From Marsupella aquatica (lineage: Eukaryota; Plantae; Marchantiophyta): DNA of 64,000 bases. Below the pieces are notes generated by a model. The model did no database searches and had not been told where the DNA came from. It was given only the letters and a program-made list of their open reading frames with translations. Where the stretch lies: contig OZ316897.1 of the NCBI GenBank assembly GCA_973895155.1, forward strand, positions 7,926,470 to 7,990,469, in the 5' to 3' direction. The translations under genes were made by a program, and so were the position numbers. Below, in pieces: positions 49,792 through 63,296 of this stretch (position 1 is its first letter; the number at the start of each line of letters is the position of its first letter).

Positions 49792-51050
49792 TCATTTGAG
49801 AGCCCACAAATGCTCAACTAGATCATTTCGCAGCATGTAATGAGTCTCTGAATCCTCAATGACTCGAGTGGCAGCCAAGTATTCTTTCCAATCAGTAGTT
49901 GTGAGTCTTTCTGCTTGCCTAGTCTGTCCTTGCTGTTGTTCCCATTCCTGAGGTAAATTCTCCAATCTCTCATCTTCTATTATCATGTTATGTAAAATGA
50001 CACAAGCAAGAAGGATGTCTTTGATCACAGCTTGGTTGTGGATCCAAACATGATTTCAAATAAGGCTAAATCAAGCTTGTAGCACACCAAAAACTCTCTC
50101 AATGTCTTTTTGTGCACCTTCTTGGCATTTGGCAAACCACTTCCTTGCTTCACCCTATGGCAGTGGTATAGTTTAAACAAAGATGGATCGACCAATCTCG
50201 GATAGATACCATCAATGAGGAGGTAATAATTTTATGTAGTACTGTGATCCATTCAGAGTAAATTTCAATTCATGAGCCTCACTTCTCAAAAGATTGTTCA
50301 CCAGTGGGGACCTGTCCAAAACGTTCAAATCATTGTTGCCTCCAGGGAGGCCAAAAAACACATGCCAAATCCAGAGGGACTGGTCTGCAATTGCTTCTAA
50401 CACCATTGATTTTTGTTTGTCCTTGTTTGTGAAGTGCCCTTGCCATGCAATAGGGCAATTTTTCTAGACATAATGCATGCAATCTAATGAAGCAAACATA
50501 CCAGGAAATCCTCTCCCCTCGTTGATTTCCAGTTGTCTCTCCATGTCTTCCTTGGTTGGTTGCCTTGAGTATTGCCCCTGAAAAACTTCACAGACAGCTC
50601 TGCAAAATTTCTTCAAAGAATCCATAGCTGTTGTCTTTTTAATCCGACAATACTCGTCCATGGCGTCTATTGAAACTCCAAGTAAAAGTTGTCTCAATGT
50701 TGCTATCATTTTCTGTATTGAGGACAGACCATTCACTCTAGCAGCATCCCATTTTTGAAGGAAATAATTGTCAGCTTCACACACTGAATCATGGATTTTC
50801 CAAAAGAGATGTCTTCTTATTTTATAGCGCCTCCTGAATTGGGCATCAGTGTACACTGGATTCTCTCAAAAATAGTCTTTCCATATTCTCTCATGCCCAA
50901 GCTCTCTTTCTCGATCAATGTTCTTGCTTTTTCCAGCAAAGATCCACCTTGTTTCTTGCTTATGTGTTGTTTGTAGAACTCCATGAGAGCCAGGGGTCCA
51001 TAAATCGTCATGTGCTCCCACCAGGTCTGCTCTTGTTCCAGTTTTTTCAA
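49792..51050 (-). pseudogene. PIF/Harbinger DDE transposase (HARBI1-like), disrupted
   Basis: FRRRY.I...LF, RGFPGMFASLDCMH, LEAIADQSLWIWHVFFGLPGGNNDLNVLDRSP, ACVILHNMIIEDE, LRNDLVEHLW; stops and frameshifts. Confidence 0.93.
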
Positions 51051-52099
51051 TTCATCTTGAATCTGCTAATTCAATTGAGTCCGCCACTGATCATGAGAGG
51101 TCATCGCGAAATAACAGCATGCAACGACAACAATTGATCGACAGAAATTGATCACCAAATAGAACAGGAACTGGTGCTCCAAATGCAAATTTCCATCCCA
51201 ACTCTAATTAAACTTTGGTCCCTGCGATCATTGAAGCTATGGATGACGTGAAATTGCGTCAAAGATTTCCAGCTATGGTGGCAAGGTATCGATCAAAGTT
51301 GTGGCGCTGTGGAGTCAATTAAGCTTTGCAGCTATGGTGGTCGATCGAGCCTTGTCAAGCGTCAAGCAGAAGCCATGCTTGATGTTTTGTATGGGGTATG
51401 TCAACAATGGAGTTGGACGGAGCAAGGAGTTTCAAACTTGGGTCAAAAAATAGCGGAGGGATTTAGCAGGATGGGTGGGGAACCCTACCCATTGCAATTA
51501 GTGCCCGGGCCGGCGAGCACCATTTGGCCTCGACACTTTGGCTTATAGTGGACCAGTATGGCCTGCATGGGTGCGGATGCTCTAACAAGGGACCTACCAG
51601 GAAGAAGAGGGAGTTAAATCATCATAGGAGATGCACAGATTCCTTAAGCTTCCATATGAAGTTTCTTAAGTTTGGAAAGAGCCCCTTCAATGGGCGTACT
51701 AACGATGTAGTAACTTCATGGGAACAAGAGCATTAGGCCCCCAGAAAAGTAGGGCTTCAGCTAGAGTTTTTGAGGGATATATAATTGACCATGATATATG
51801 TCCTTAGAAGGATGTTAAAGACATAACAGTATTTTTAATTATTTTTAGTAAAACCAGAGGAAAGTTTCAATGTGCCCATCCAGATACTGAATTATGTTCT
51901 TAAAATGCAAGGAACAATCAGAAAAGGAAGGGTGTTTAAGTTTGAAGTAAAGTCCAGTCCATGACCCAAAGCCAAAATAATGAGAGCTTCACCTTGAGTT
52001 TATGAGTCAGTGACTATTATTACCCATAATATGCTGGTTCCATAACAAAAAATTTAACATTTACTAAATCTAGTAGAAATAGAGGAGAATTATCATAAA

Positions 52100-55000
52100 G
52101 TCAAATGAAGTTTCTCCATGGAAGGGCTCCCTTCTTCCTCCAAAATTAGTTCGTGGACCCCTATCTTCTCCATTACACTGTCTTGCTGATTCCTTACGAC
52201 CCATTCACATTATCTATCAATTTTTAATCCAATTCTTCTTATCACAGAAGTCACATTCGACCATTTCTCTCCTAAACTTCAACAAATGCATTCCCGCTAC
52301 TGTCTCCCAAATAGCTCTAATCGTCACCTGAACCTTTCAATCTTTTTCGCCTTTCAGCAGCCAAACCTACTCCTCCGCCCCGAGTTCCTCATCTCTTAGT
52401 TTCCGTTTCTTCTTCCTCACAATAACCACATTGACCTCTCACCCTGGAATTCCCGAATGATTTCATCAAAATCCTTTATCCATATCTGAACGTCTCTTTA
52501 AACACAATCCTTTTTACCACAGCCTCTTGCAAACGTGCCTCTTGAGGGTCGATGCGTTTGACAGAGTCGTTGCTTCTATTTGCTCCAATAATGATCCACG
52601 TCCTTATCAAGTGATCTCTCAAATCAGCTTCACTTCTAATATTTTCAATTTGATCATGAAAAGGCATCAACAGTGCTCATAGAAACTTGTAGAGCCCTGG
52701 TCTATCAATTGCTAGATAGTATTTCTTACTGCCAAATCAAGCTGAGCTCTGTCTGGTGCAATGGAGCACTGGGTCAACTCTTCCCTTTCAAAAACCAGAT
52801 ATGGAGATACAATTTGAAGTCCTACATGCAGACTGGTCTTTGTCACCTGCTTATCAAACGATTTACACGACAAATACGTATTTACTCCTACTAAAATTGT
52901 TTGTTATTGTATGATGGGAACGTGGAGGGACGTTATTAGGATTCTATTGCATGTAGGATGAGTATGTTTATTTCCGCTCCTGGAAATGTAGTTTTTGATC
53001 AAGTCTACCGACTAGTCCCGCTGCTTTTGATCAAGTCCCATGGACTATGCCACACACACACTCCTACTGGTCGCTGGTGGAGTGCTGTCACCACCCCCCC
53101 TACTCACATGGTCGACCAATCCGTGCAAGTATTCTTTAGACACTTCTTGGGGAAAGAATACAATTGTGAACCCAAAAAAATAACGCCACACCAAAACTTG
53201 AGGAATCAAACCAAATCCATATCTTTTGGCAAAACGTCGTAACACATTGCAAGGACAACCCGGCCTCCTGCCGTCTGCCCAACTACTGCTTCACTGGGGC
53301 AAGTGCTACACCTCTACCTCACTACTCTGGCTTGATTCCCTCTTCTGGCTATGAGCTAACTTCCCTAAGCAAACACTAGACTGAGTTCCCCCCCTAACTA
53401 CTCCGGGGCTCTCCCCTTAAATACTCAAAACAACACACCAAAGCACCCCTCACGGGGTCACTAGGATGGCGGCTACCCTAGCAGCGCCGCTAAAACCCTT
53501 CACGAAGAAATCCCTAATCCTAAAGCATGTGGCACACACATGCTCCTAAAACCCTAGTCTAACAATGGAACCGACGGTGCCTTCGATGGCGCCCCAACAT
53601 CGCTCCGTAAACCACGAAAAATGCAAGGGACCCCACAATTGCTGAAACTTGGTGCCACTCTGATTGCACCTCTGAGCTCACCCCTGGGTAGCCCTACTCC
53701 CTCTGATCATGAATCACAAAACCGCTCCCGAAACGGACGTCGAACGACCAAGTTATGGTCGTTTCAGTATCACTTACTTACCAACTTCGTCGGGCCCTAA
53801 CTTACTCATCCTGGCTCCGTTTGAGGAGCGCTGCCTCTTGTTGGAATCAGCTCCGTGAGCTCTTTCCAATAAGCCCGTGAGTGCACCTTTCCAAAAAGTT
53901 TCACAATCCAGAGGTCGTACGACCAAGTTCGTATGGCTACCCTAGTCCTCCTCCTCCTCACTCACGGTGCCTCCTCCTCACTCACGGTGCCCCCTCCTCA
54001 CTCACGGTGCCGTGGCTTGAGCCCCGTGAGTTGGTCTCCTCACCGCTCTCCATTGGAGTGGATACCTCTCCTATCTATCTACTTTCCCTACCAGCCTCAA
54101 TCCTCCTGATCGCCACCTCTGGTCCGTTGTAAAAGGAGGGGGCCCCTACAATTGTCGAAACTAAACTTTTCTCAGAATTCACTTCTGAAAACATATCTGA
54201 GGAGCCCTCCTCTTCCTGATCACGGCTCCATAAACGGTGCACAAAACGGAGGTCAAACGACCAAGATATGGTCGTTTAAGTGTTCATGGGGCACCGTCTC
54301 CCTCTATTTCGTCCGTACAACACCAGGGGGCCCGTCTTTGCAAAACACATATCATGGTTTCTCCGCATGTGCTGCTACCTCCTTCTTCCCTTGCAAAGCC
54401 GGGACCTCTTGCCGTACGGACGTCCGTACGGCCTCAAAACCCCCGTATTCTCAAAAAACGCAATCAGTTGTATCTCCCCCGTCTTAGCTCCGTTTTGGCC
54501 GTGTGACACATCATTGGATTCAGCTCGGCGAGCTCTTTCCAACAAGCCCGTAGACTCTTGATTTTGAGATGGTAAAAAATTTGACGTTCGTACAACCAGG
54601 GTCCGTACACACGTTGAAAGCAAGCACAAGAGGGAAAGGGTTTAGGGTTTAGGTATGGGTGGAAACCCCACAAGTGAGAATAGAGAAAAAGGGAAGGAAG
54701 AAAGTGTGAGGGCCCCTTCTACGGAGTGCCCCTCTACGAAGTGGGGAAGGGAAAGAGAGCAAAAAACCATGTGAGGACCACACAAAGGGTGAAGGGGAAC
54801 ACAAGTGTGGGAACCCCTTCCTTCTAAGGGCCCTCCCACCATCACTACTCCAAGATTGCCTAGTTTACCATTTTACGGGCGTTGAGGTCCCTCAAGATGT
54901 CACTGTTTGATATAGACCTAAAATCAACTAGAGAACCTCAGTTTCGCATGGGGCTCATTGAGGGCTTCAAAATGAATCCAAACATGACCATGTTTGGAAT

Positions 55001-55367
55001 AGTACTAGCGCAGAAAAGTCTATTTTAAGTTTCAACGTTTTCTATATTTTGATCATTCTTCCCGTTTTGCGCCTTACGTGGAGCCTCCGACCAGCCCCCA
55101 CCCCTCCAAGATGCCCACACCTTGGCTCCAAGTCCTTGGGCTGCCTTGTGGCCTCCTTGTCCCCCCTCAATGGTTCCCTTGTCATCCGTCACCACCCGGC
55201 ACCCCTCTCAACTCCGTTTCGTCCGGTTGTCGCATCCATTTATTAGAACTAACAAAAATGAAAAATTTGAAAATCCAAACACTTTTACTACACCTACTTG
55301 TCTTTCTACTTATATACGCAATTATAAGTTATCACTAAGTTACTACCGGGTTTGGGGCCCTATCACA
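52100..55367 (-). mobile_element. Truncated Gypsy-like LTR retrotransposon: ~2.3-kb LTR, PBS-like site and decayed gag
   Basis: Minus strand starts TGTGATAGGGCCCC at 55367; TGGCATAGTC PBS-like at 53052-53043; downstream broken ORF with knuckle-like GQCGYC and ECDFCD; no TSD found. Confidence 0.45.
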
Positions 55368-58300
55368 GTCTTTTTATTTCAAGCTGCCTCCTTTATGAAC
55401 TCTTGAAATACGAGCCTGTGTAATAGATTGGATCTGTAAGAACCCACAAGAGCGATGGTGCAGTCAATGTGCTCGTTTCGTCCTTATGAAATTGTTATGT
55501 TCTTTCATTTGTTACCGATTTGGATCTCCACTCCAAGAAAAGTAGGGCAACGCTCACTAAGCTGCATCAAGTTGTGGAGCAATGTTTGGTATTTCTTGCT
55601 CAGTAATTGCCTACTTCACAAGCTGAATCTGTTCGTCATATAATTCTTCCATCCACAAGCACGACACGAGGAAACAACAATGCCAGAAGATAAATTGCTA
55701 GAGAAGGAGTGCTAGATAGAAATGACCTTCTGGCACTGCAGAAACAAGATTTTTAACTGCCATGCTTAGGATTCTTAACTGCCATCGTAATTAAAGTGTT
55801 GCTTCATTACTTTAATTACAATTGAATTACAATTCAAAAAAAAGGTGGGCAGTTGGTTAAGCGGGGTAAATAAAACTGAGTTGAAAGCCTACTCAGTGTA
55901 AATAATACAGTTATTTTTGATAACTTTTTCATCAAGGTTTATGGCATGGCGTCCTCAATTTTACCAAAATCTTGCCGTAAACACGAATGTTGGCATAATT
56001 TCATTGTGGAAACCAATCTGTTCCTATTTGCAATGCGCCATGATGACATGGCGCGCTGTGGAGTCAGGAATTTTGGAAGGGACCTCTAGTGGGGTCCGTA
56101 AACAACACCATGACCTTGTATTCAAATTCTGGGCTATGGGGCGGCCTATTTGAATAGTGCAGCCACCCATGGCATTGTATTCAAGTTTTGACTTAGTATG
56201 TGTTGTCATGTTTACGAACCCCCATTAGGTGTCCCTTGCAAATTCCCTGGCACGAGGATGTGCCACATCAACGAGGATGCACCACATCAACCAGGATGGT
56301 GACAAACAAGACAGAGCATGTTTTCTGGTCCTTGTCATGTTTGTGTTCATATTCATGACCGTATATTGTGGGGTGCTTATTCATGACCGTATATTGTGGG
56401 GTGCCATGCTGTAATTATAAAGCATAAAAACAATCAGAATACAAAGGAAGAGATGCCATTTTTTCACTTGAGCCGTATTAGTTACCTTTCAAGTTTTTTA
56501 AAATTATTTACTATGTAATTAGTTAGACAACTGCCTCTAAAATAAATAATGACAAATAGAAAGAAACTCTTCAACTACTCTAACATTTACGAAGGTAACA
56601 TAATAAACCCAAGACAATTTCAACTTCTCTAACATTTACCAAGATAACTTAAGAAACCCTTAAATGGCTATTTACTATGGATAGAGGAGTAACAAGCAAA
56701 GTTAAGAAACACCATAACTACTATGGGTAAAGGAATACCTAAGACCTTTCAACTGCTATGGACAAAGTAATATTATGAACTATATGGAATGTTACATGTA
56801 CTATATAGACATAGAGATACTAAGTGAAAGGTTCAGCATGGAGAATCACCCTAACTTGGCATTACCATGAATGTACTCATATTTGTTTTCCATGAAATTG
56901 TCCTAACTATTTTTAAAATTCACTCCATTGGAATTCTCTATTTAATCTTTGTACTCTGACACATCTATCTAGTCTAATGTGCAACTCTTCATGGTTCCAA
57001 ATACTTCAATAAAAGAAGCTTACATAATCAAGGGGTCCTTGACTAATTTGTACTTGTAAGGTGTTGTGTTCAAAAATGGACTCATGAATCTTTTATTGTC
57101 TGTGCTTAGTGTACAACAATATAGGATGTACTCTAAAGTTAGGAAAAATAAAAATCTCTCAGGACTTAAAGTGTAGTAAAGGTATTCCTCAAACTCAAGT
57201 TGAAGCTCTCATTTATTGGGATATCATATCCCATAATGTACTGAACTAGTATGTGGGTCCAGCTCAATTTTTTTACACATTGTTAATATTGTATTTGGTT
57301 GTTACTAGCTCTCTTTCTTGGTATTTCTTAGTCATCAAGTCTGCCAAAACTCTATGATGTGTCCAAATACACTGCCCAGAATTTGGAAGGAGCTTTTAGT
57401 GTGGTACATAATATTGTTATTCTTTGTTTGTCTCCACCTTTCTCTTGTTCTTTTCACCTCTGTGTGTAATTCATATTGCAACTCCTCAATTGTAGCTATC
57501 ACCTCGCTTGTTCGAGTGACAAATTATTCATCACAAGGGTGAGCAATGAACTATCTTGGATGCAAGGAGCTAGGCAATCACCTGCACTTCATTGTCTCAC
57601 AACATTTTTGTGCAATGGATAATTATGCATTGGACTTGTCTGTAAAATTATGAGATGTTTTAAAAAAATTTGAAGTGTGCATAATAAAAGTTGACATCAC
57701 TAGCAAACAAATTCATAAAGTCAAAAACTATTTATAGCATTGGTTTTTTAATTGTTTTGTGAGGGGACAAGTATATTTTTTGTTTGGAAAGTGTACTTTA
57801 TTCATCATGATTTGTCTAATAATGACAAAAATAAAATTCTCATCAATTTTAATGACAAATGGAAACAAAGAAAAAACACATAAGTGTAGAATCATAATGA
57901 TCATGTTGGGAAGAGAATAACTTTATATACAGCCACCTTCATGAGAGGAGAAACATAAGTATTTTATTTTTATTTTTTAAATGTATGTTTTACTAATCAA
58001 TAGAAAGTCATAGCCTTATTTTTGTAGAGATTTTATAATAATAGAATAATTTAATGTTTTGAGAATAGTTGGTTATTCTTGAATGTATAGTGAGTTCTGA
58101 GATTATGCTTGTGACTTTTTTTGATGTGTATGCAAGGAATATGTTTGAATAAGGCCTAGGGGGAGCTATACTCAAGTGGCATCCAAGATCTTTTTTTAAG
58201 ATTTCTCATGGTGACTACCATCAAGGTAAATGTTTATATGAGTGCATGTTTTTTATGACTAAATTTGTGTTTATTTGTTATTTGTGAAGTGACTTGATAT

Positions 58301-58975
58301 TTGTCCATTCAATTGACATAAACAATTTTGTGTGAGTTTATAGACAAATTTTGGCATCACTAAGAAACAACCCCAAGCTGTCATCTAAACTTGAAATAGA
58401 GGTTTGTTTCTCTCTTTATTCCCCATTGAATAAGTGTGATTGCTAAAGTTGTTCACTCACAAAGCTAAATCAAGCATGGACTCTATCTATACTTTAAAAT
58501 CTAATAATTTTCACACATGTAATATTTACCATAATAGTGTTTATTTTTAAATAAATTATTAGAAAAGCTAAAAGTTTATAGCATTATCATATATGGATGT
58601 GCAAATATTAGTATATTAATTATTTACCACAACACTTAGAGCTTTTATTTGAATCAACATAATAGATTTATGCAATCTACATAATAGATTTATGCAATCT
58701 TCACAAAACTATAAGTATTCGTAATTTGCAATTTATTTGTAGAAAGCAATGCTCTTGGTAGGTAGATGAGTCTTTTGTAATTTTGTTTCATATTGTTATG
58801 GTTATCTTAGCACATTACATATTAAGAAAGTGAAAATTTCCCTTTGTTGGATTCCAAAAATGGAGAAGTTAACTCTTTGTACCTAAAGTTATTCACTTAA
58901 GTTTTTTATCAATCTAGTACGTACTATAATTATAAGGTCCATATCATATTATTCAAGTTAAGGCAATAAACTATA

Positions 58976-59357
58976 GTACACACATATGCAAAGGTCGGTG
59001 TAATGTTTGATCCTAATTGTAACTTCAAAATCAATATAAGATTACAAGTTAAGGCATTCTGGTACACACATCCGCAAGGGTCGATGTATTGTTTGACCCC
59101 ATTTGTAACTTCAAAATCAATATAAAGTTACAAGTTAAGGCATCCTAGTACACACATCTGCAAGGGTCGGTGTACTGTTTGACCCCAATTGTAACTTATA
59201 AAATCAATATAAGGTAACTACAAGTTAAGACATAATTATGGTACACACATCTACCGGGACATCTACAAGGGTTAGTGTAATGCTTGACCCTAGTTGTAAC
59301 TTCAAAATCAAAATAAGGGTATCCTAGAAGGTTACAAGTCAAGGTACACACATCTAC
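58976..59357. repeat. ~88-bp tandem repeat (~4.5 copies)
   Basis: gtacacacat..gcaa.ggtc..tgta.tgtttga.cc....tgtaactt.aaaatcaatataa at ~58976, 59062, 59148, 59241 and 59344. Confidence 0.88.
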
Positions 59358-59374
59358 AATATAAATATACACAC

Positions 59375-62300
59375 TTTTTATATACAAAGGGACCAAACAG
59401 AGTACAAATGAACAAACAAAAGAGGGCCCAAGTGGACAAAACCAATCGAAAAAGAAGTGAGCAAAAGGGAACCACTAAACACCAAGAAAGAGGAACTAAA
59501 AGTAAGAAATGAACAATAGGGAACCCCTAAAAACCAAGAAAGAGAGAGAGACTAAAACTAACCCAAGCGGACCGAGGTCCTCATCATTCCTACCGATTGT
59601 GGCAAAAAGCTAATGGTCCACATCAAGAGTCAAAACTAGATCGGCAAGTGGGATTGGAACATCCTCAAGGGGAGCTAGCCGCTGCGGAGGCACACTAGCA
59701 CCCACTGTAAGAGATCGACGATAGATGGCCCGAGCTTGAGCACGCTGTAAGGTGACTGAAATGCGTTGGCGAAAGTGCGTGGTCAAAATAGAAAGCGGGG
59801 GCCGAAGAAGCCCATCAAACTGAGGATGAAGACGCCCAAATAGCTCCACAGCAAGGGGGAGGAAGCTGTCGGATGAAGCTAGTGCAGCATATTTGGCCTC
59901 CTTCGTTGTTGCCGCACGTGACGCTGCTGCCCCTGCCGTAGTTGCCGCTGTCCCAATGATGTCTTGGCGCAATGGGTTTGCCACCACAACATCTGCCAAA
60001 GTACGTTGACCCTCACGGACCATGGTAAGATCCACCCGTAACCGCTGTGATGGAGGACCAGGTAACTCGAGTACCACCTCCCGCCGCACGCATACCAAAG
60101 AGCCAGAGAGAACCTGAGCAGTCGCATCTGGCACAGCGTCGTGAACAATAATGGTTTCACCTCCCAAACTGCACCGAAGAAGATGGACACCTGTGGCATC
60201 ACAAGGCTTCCCACAAGTGCAAGAAGGAGGTAAACCTGCAAGAAGTGGGTGGGGCAGCCCCAGACGAAGACGCATGGCTGTGGAGAACTCCATTGAAGAC
60301 ATCCGCAAATGAGGAATGACTGGATTGGCCTGAAGCCACCCACCTGCGCCCTTCCCTCCGGAAGAAAGAATCCGAGCTCGGTCCGTGTCAGGTGCCTCGG
60401 AGAGGATGCTGGAAAGGGTGAAAGTGTGCATACGCCCAGCGAGGTCTGCCTGAAGACGAACAGAATCCAAGGATAAAAACTCCTGGAAAGAAGGTAACGC
60501 GGCGCGAACGGGATCTGGTAATGAGGACCGCGCTGCGCGCAAATGAACCTGAAATGGGAGGGAACCCTCCTCTACCTCCATGAGAGATGAAAGTAAAAAA
60601 GGGCGATCCTCAATAAGAAAACGATCGGCCAACAATGAGAAGGCGGCCGCCCATGCACCCAAAAAGGCCAAAGGTGCAAGGCTCTCAATGGAAGTAAGCC
60701 CAAAACCACCCTGCAAAATAGGAAGACTGAGTTGTCGATGAAGCCACGGAGATGAGAGCAACGTACCCGGACCTAAAAGAGAGGCCAGGGTCTGACGAAT
60801 GGAGACATCAAATGCTCGAAGGTGGAGACAAAGATCCTCGGTAGGGGGATGCGTCCTAGCCAGATAAGACGCACGAGGGTGGATGCATCTCAACAACATC
60901 CCAAATGCTGCCTGAGAATCTACTAACTGAGGGAGCATAGGAGTATGGGCTAAGGCAGCCTGTATAGAGTCAGCGATGAAAGATGAGCAAAAGGAGGCGG
61001 TACCGACTGGGGAGCCAAGGACCCGAAGGCCATCGGCTGGACGTAAGAACCCTGGGGGAAGCACAAGATCAGAGGGTAACCCAGCTGGACTCCATGCACG
61101 ACTCTTCACAGGCTGAACTCGTAAACCGAGGCCCATCAAATGGATGGAAAGAGTGGCGAGGGCAGAAGTAACCGCGGCAGGAGGACCAATGATGTGGGTG
61201 TCATCTGAAAGGGAGGGGAAGATACACTGGGGGTGGGCCATGGCAGCTTCCCGTAAAGCTGTAAAATGGGCAATGGCAAAAAGAGGCCCACCCAAAGGGT
61301 CACCCTGACGTGTACCTTCTGCAGAGGAAAGAGTGGTATACACACCTGTAGAGGAGTGATGACTATAGAAGAGTGGGGCCTCGAGTCCATAAAAACAACG
61401 GACAAAGGGGATCAGGGACTGGATGTCTGGATCCGCCACCCTCAAAGCACGAAAAATGGCTGCCCGAGAAACCGTATTAAAAGCATTAGAGACATCAACC
61501 TGGAGGACAACCCAATCAGGGTGGAGGTCCAATGTAGCTCGAATACCCGCAATAACCGTCTCACAACCGCCAGGAACGCCAACTACAAACTGATGTGGAG
61601 AGAGATGATCCGATAGTGCAGAGCAAAACTGTGAGGAAAGTGTGCGAGACACAAGACGAAGAAAAACCTCCCCAATAGCAATTGGCCGAACACCCGGTGA
61701 AGACTTAGCCATGGCCAATAAACGAGAAGCACTCAAGAGCCGAGAGACGGGAGGAGGCAAACGACCGGCTGCAATACACTGGCAAAAGGAGAAGAAAACT
61801 GGAAAACCAAACTGAGGATCCTTAGGGGGGAATAAATCACGAAAATGCTCAAAGACATAGCCGGAGGGGCCACCAGCAGAACAACGCGGGGCATGGAGGA
61901 AGGCATAGGTGAAGTGGTCCCTACTAAACTGAAGATCCTCTTCAGGCTCAAAATCCTCGACAAACAAAGGGAGCTGATCATGGGGCTGCGGATGGAGATC
62001 GTGAAGGGCCAACGAGGTGACCTCGCCAGGGGGGGCTGGTTTAGGGGGGGCTGGTTTAGGAGAAAGGGCCTGGACAGCCCGACGATATTCACCAGCCTGG
62101 GCTAAACGACAAGAGCGACGAAGACGTCTATGCTCAGGGGGATGAGAGTGGCGAGCTGGGTCAGACAAAGCACGGGCGGTAAAAGACCGGGCGCGAAGAA
62201 AGTACTCTTCCTGAAGCTGCTCCCAATCTCCCCGCAAAAAACGATGGATACGAGAGGCAGTCTCACGGTGACCCACACGACCACCATGACTAGGGAGGGT

Positions 62301-63295
62301 AAGAGTCCATTGTGGAAAAAGCATTAGTAAAGACCAGTAGGAGACCTCCATAGGATGCGCCAAGATAAGCTGCAGGAGTTGCAACAAGGAGGACCGAACT
62401 AGAGGGCGCAGCGCCATAGGAATGTGGTTATAAAGGCGAGGTCTAATGTACCCTGGATGGTAGGCTGGAAGGGGGTCTAGAGTGCGAACCCAACTCCATG
62501 CCTGCTCGGGAGCCTCCAAGGAGGGAGGGGCAGAGCTAACTGGGTCAATAGGGGGCTGAGGCTGGGATTGTGCTTGCTGGCGACGATGGCACCGGCCCCG
62601 CCCGCGATGATGAGGGAGGGAGATGCCAATCCATCCACAGTCAGGACAAGTATGCAGGGGACGCTCGTCCGGGGAGGGAGCAGGGAAAGACTGGACAGGA
62701 GGTGGGGGTGGAACAGATGTGGACGAGGAGGCCGGAGGAGGATGATGAATGGGTGGAGGGGGAATGGGGTGGGGAGAGGAGCCAGGGCGACGATGGGGTG
62801 GGCAGTAGACGGGGGGGACTGGCAGAGCATCGGGCATGGGATCATCACGAAGATGAGAGAGATCCAGTGAAGAAGAGCAAACACGAAGACGGCCACAAGG
62901 GGGAGGGGAGGACGGGGGAGAAGTGTGGGGTGGGGCTGGGCGCTTGCCCCGCGCCAACACTCTCAACGTAGACATGACAGGCCGCAACCCGATAAAAGCA
63001 AAAACGCATCAAGAAGCGACAAAAGGCCCAACCGAGGCATGTGAAAAGAAAGGGGAGGCGATGGAGAGAGCCCACCGCATCAGGTCGAGAAACGGCGCCA
63101 CCGCTAGCCTAGGAAACCGTTGAGCAGGTGCAGGAACAGTAAGAAACAAAGCTGAAACGCCCGTCGATCTGTCCGTTGGGGAGTCGACGCGAGTGAAGAT
63201 CCGCCCTCTAGACTGAGCGTGCGACAACAGCTCCCGAAGGCAACAACCAATTGGAGGAGAAGCGATGGCCTAAAGCCGATGTGACTCGCTCATAC
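59375..63295 (-). mobile_element. CRE-like (RLE) non-LTR retrotransposon, near full length
   Basis: ORF above, pyrimidine-rich 3' UTR ending near tatataaaaa (~59375) and ~300-bp 5' UTR; boundaries approximate, no TSD. Confidence 0.8.
59610..62987 (-). CDS. Single ORF of CRE-clade non-LTR retrotransposon (zinc finger, RT, CCHC, restriction-like endonuclease)
   Basis: CPDC zinc finger; RT motifs RPIAIGE, QVDVSNAFN, GTRQGDPLG, LSDD, LG.P.G, GGFGL; CTC...HLLRC; HDAV, RVDL, ADVVV, KEAKY, PLAVELFG. Confidence 0.92.
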   Translation of the reverse strand: MRPVMSTLRVLARGKRPAPPHTSPPSSPPPCGRLRVCSSSLDLSHLRDDPMPDALPVPPVYCPPHRRPGSSPHPIPPPPIHHPPPASSSTSVPPPPPVQSFPAPSPDERPLHTCPDCGWIGISLPHHRGRGRCHRRQQAQSQPQPPIDPVSSAPPSLEAPEQAWSWVRTLDPLPAYHPGYIRPRLYNHIPMALRPLVRSSLLQLLQLILAHPMEVSYWSLLMLFPQWTLTLPSHGGRVGHRETASRIHRFLRGDWEQLQEEYFLRARSFTARALSDPARHSHPPEHRRLRRSCRLAQAGEYRRAVQALSPKPAPPKPAPPGEVTSLALHDLHPQPHDQLPLFVEDFEPEEDLQFSRDHFTYAFLHAPRCSAGGPSGYVFEHFRDLFPPKDPQFGFPVFFSFCQCIAAGRLPPPVSRLLSASRLLAMAKSSPGVRPIAIGEVFLRLVSRTLSSQFCSALSDHLSPHQFVVGVPGGCETVIAGIRATLDLHPDWVVLQVDVSNAFNTVSRAAIFRALRVADPDIQSLIPFVRCFYGLEAPLFYSHHSSTGVYTTLSSAEGTRQGDPLGGPLFAIAHFTALREAAMAHPQCIFPSLSDDTHIIGPPAAVTSALATLSIHLMGLGLRVQPVKSRAWSPAGLPSDLVLPPGFLRPADGLRVLGSPVGTASFCSSFIADSIQAALAHTPMLPQLVDSQAAFGMLLRCIHPRASYLARTHPPTEDLCLHLRAFDVSIRQTLASLLGPGTLLSSPWLHRQLSLPILQGGFGLTSIESLAPLAFLGAWAAAFSLLADRFLIEDRPFLLSSLMEVEEGSLPFQVHLRAARSSLPDPVRAALPSFQEFLSLDSVRLQADLAGRMHTFTLSSILSEAPDTDRARILSSGGKGAGGWLQANPVIPHLRMSSMEFSTAMRLRLGLPHPLLAGLPPSCTCGKPCDATGVHLLRCSLGGETIIVHDAVPDATAQVLSGSLVCVRREVVLELPGPPSQRLRVDLTMVREGQRTLADVVVANPLRQDIIGTAATTAGAAASRAATTKEAKYAALASSDSFLPLAVELFGRLHPQFDGLLRPPLSILTTHFRQRISVTLQRAQARAIYRRSLTVGASVPPQRLAPLEDVPIPLADLVLTLDVDH

Positions 63296-63296
63296 A

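Larger units (their letters stand above)
26925..51582. mobile_element. PIF/Harbinger DNA transposon (~3.6 kb net), interrupted by a 21-kb insertion
   Basis: TIR GAGCATCCGCACC (26925-37) / GGTGCGGATGCTC (51570-82); TAA TSD at 26922-24 and 51583-85; convergent Myb/SANT ORF and DDE transposase. Confidence 0.93.

Noticed and set aside
56850-58500. Possible highly decayed hAT transposase remnants (minus strand)
   Set aside because: Only faint peptide similarity, no continuous frame, TIR or TSD; cannot be supported without a search.
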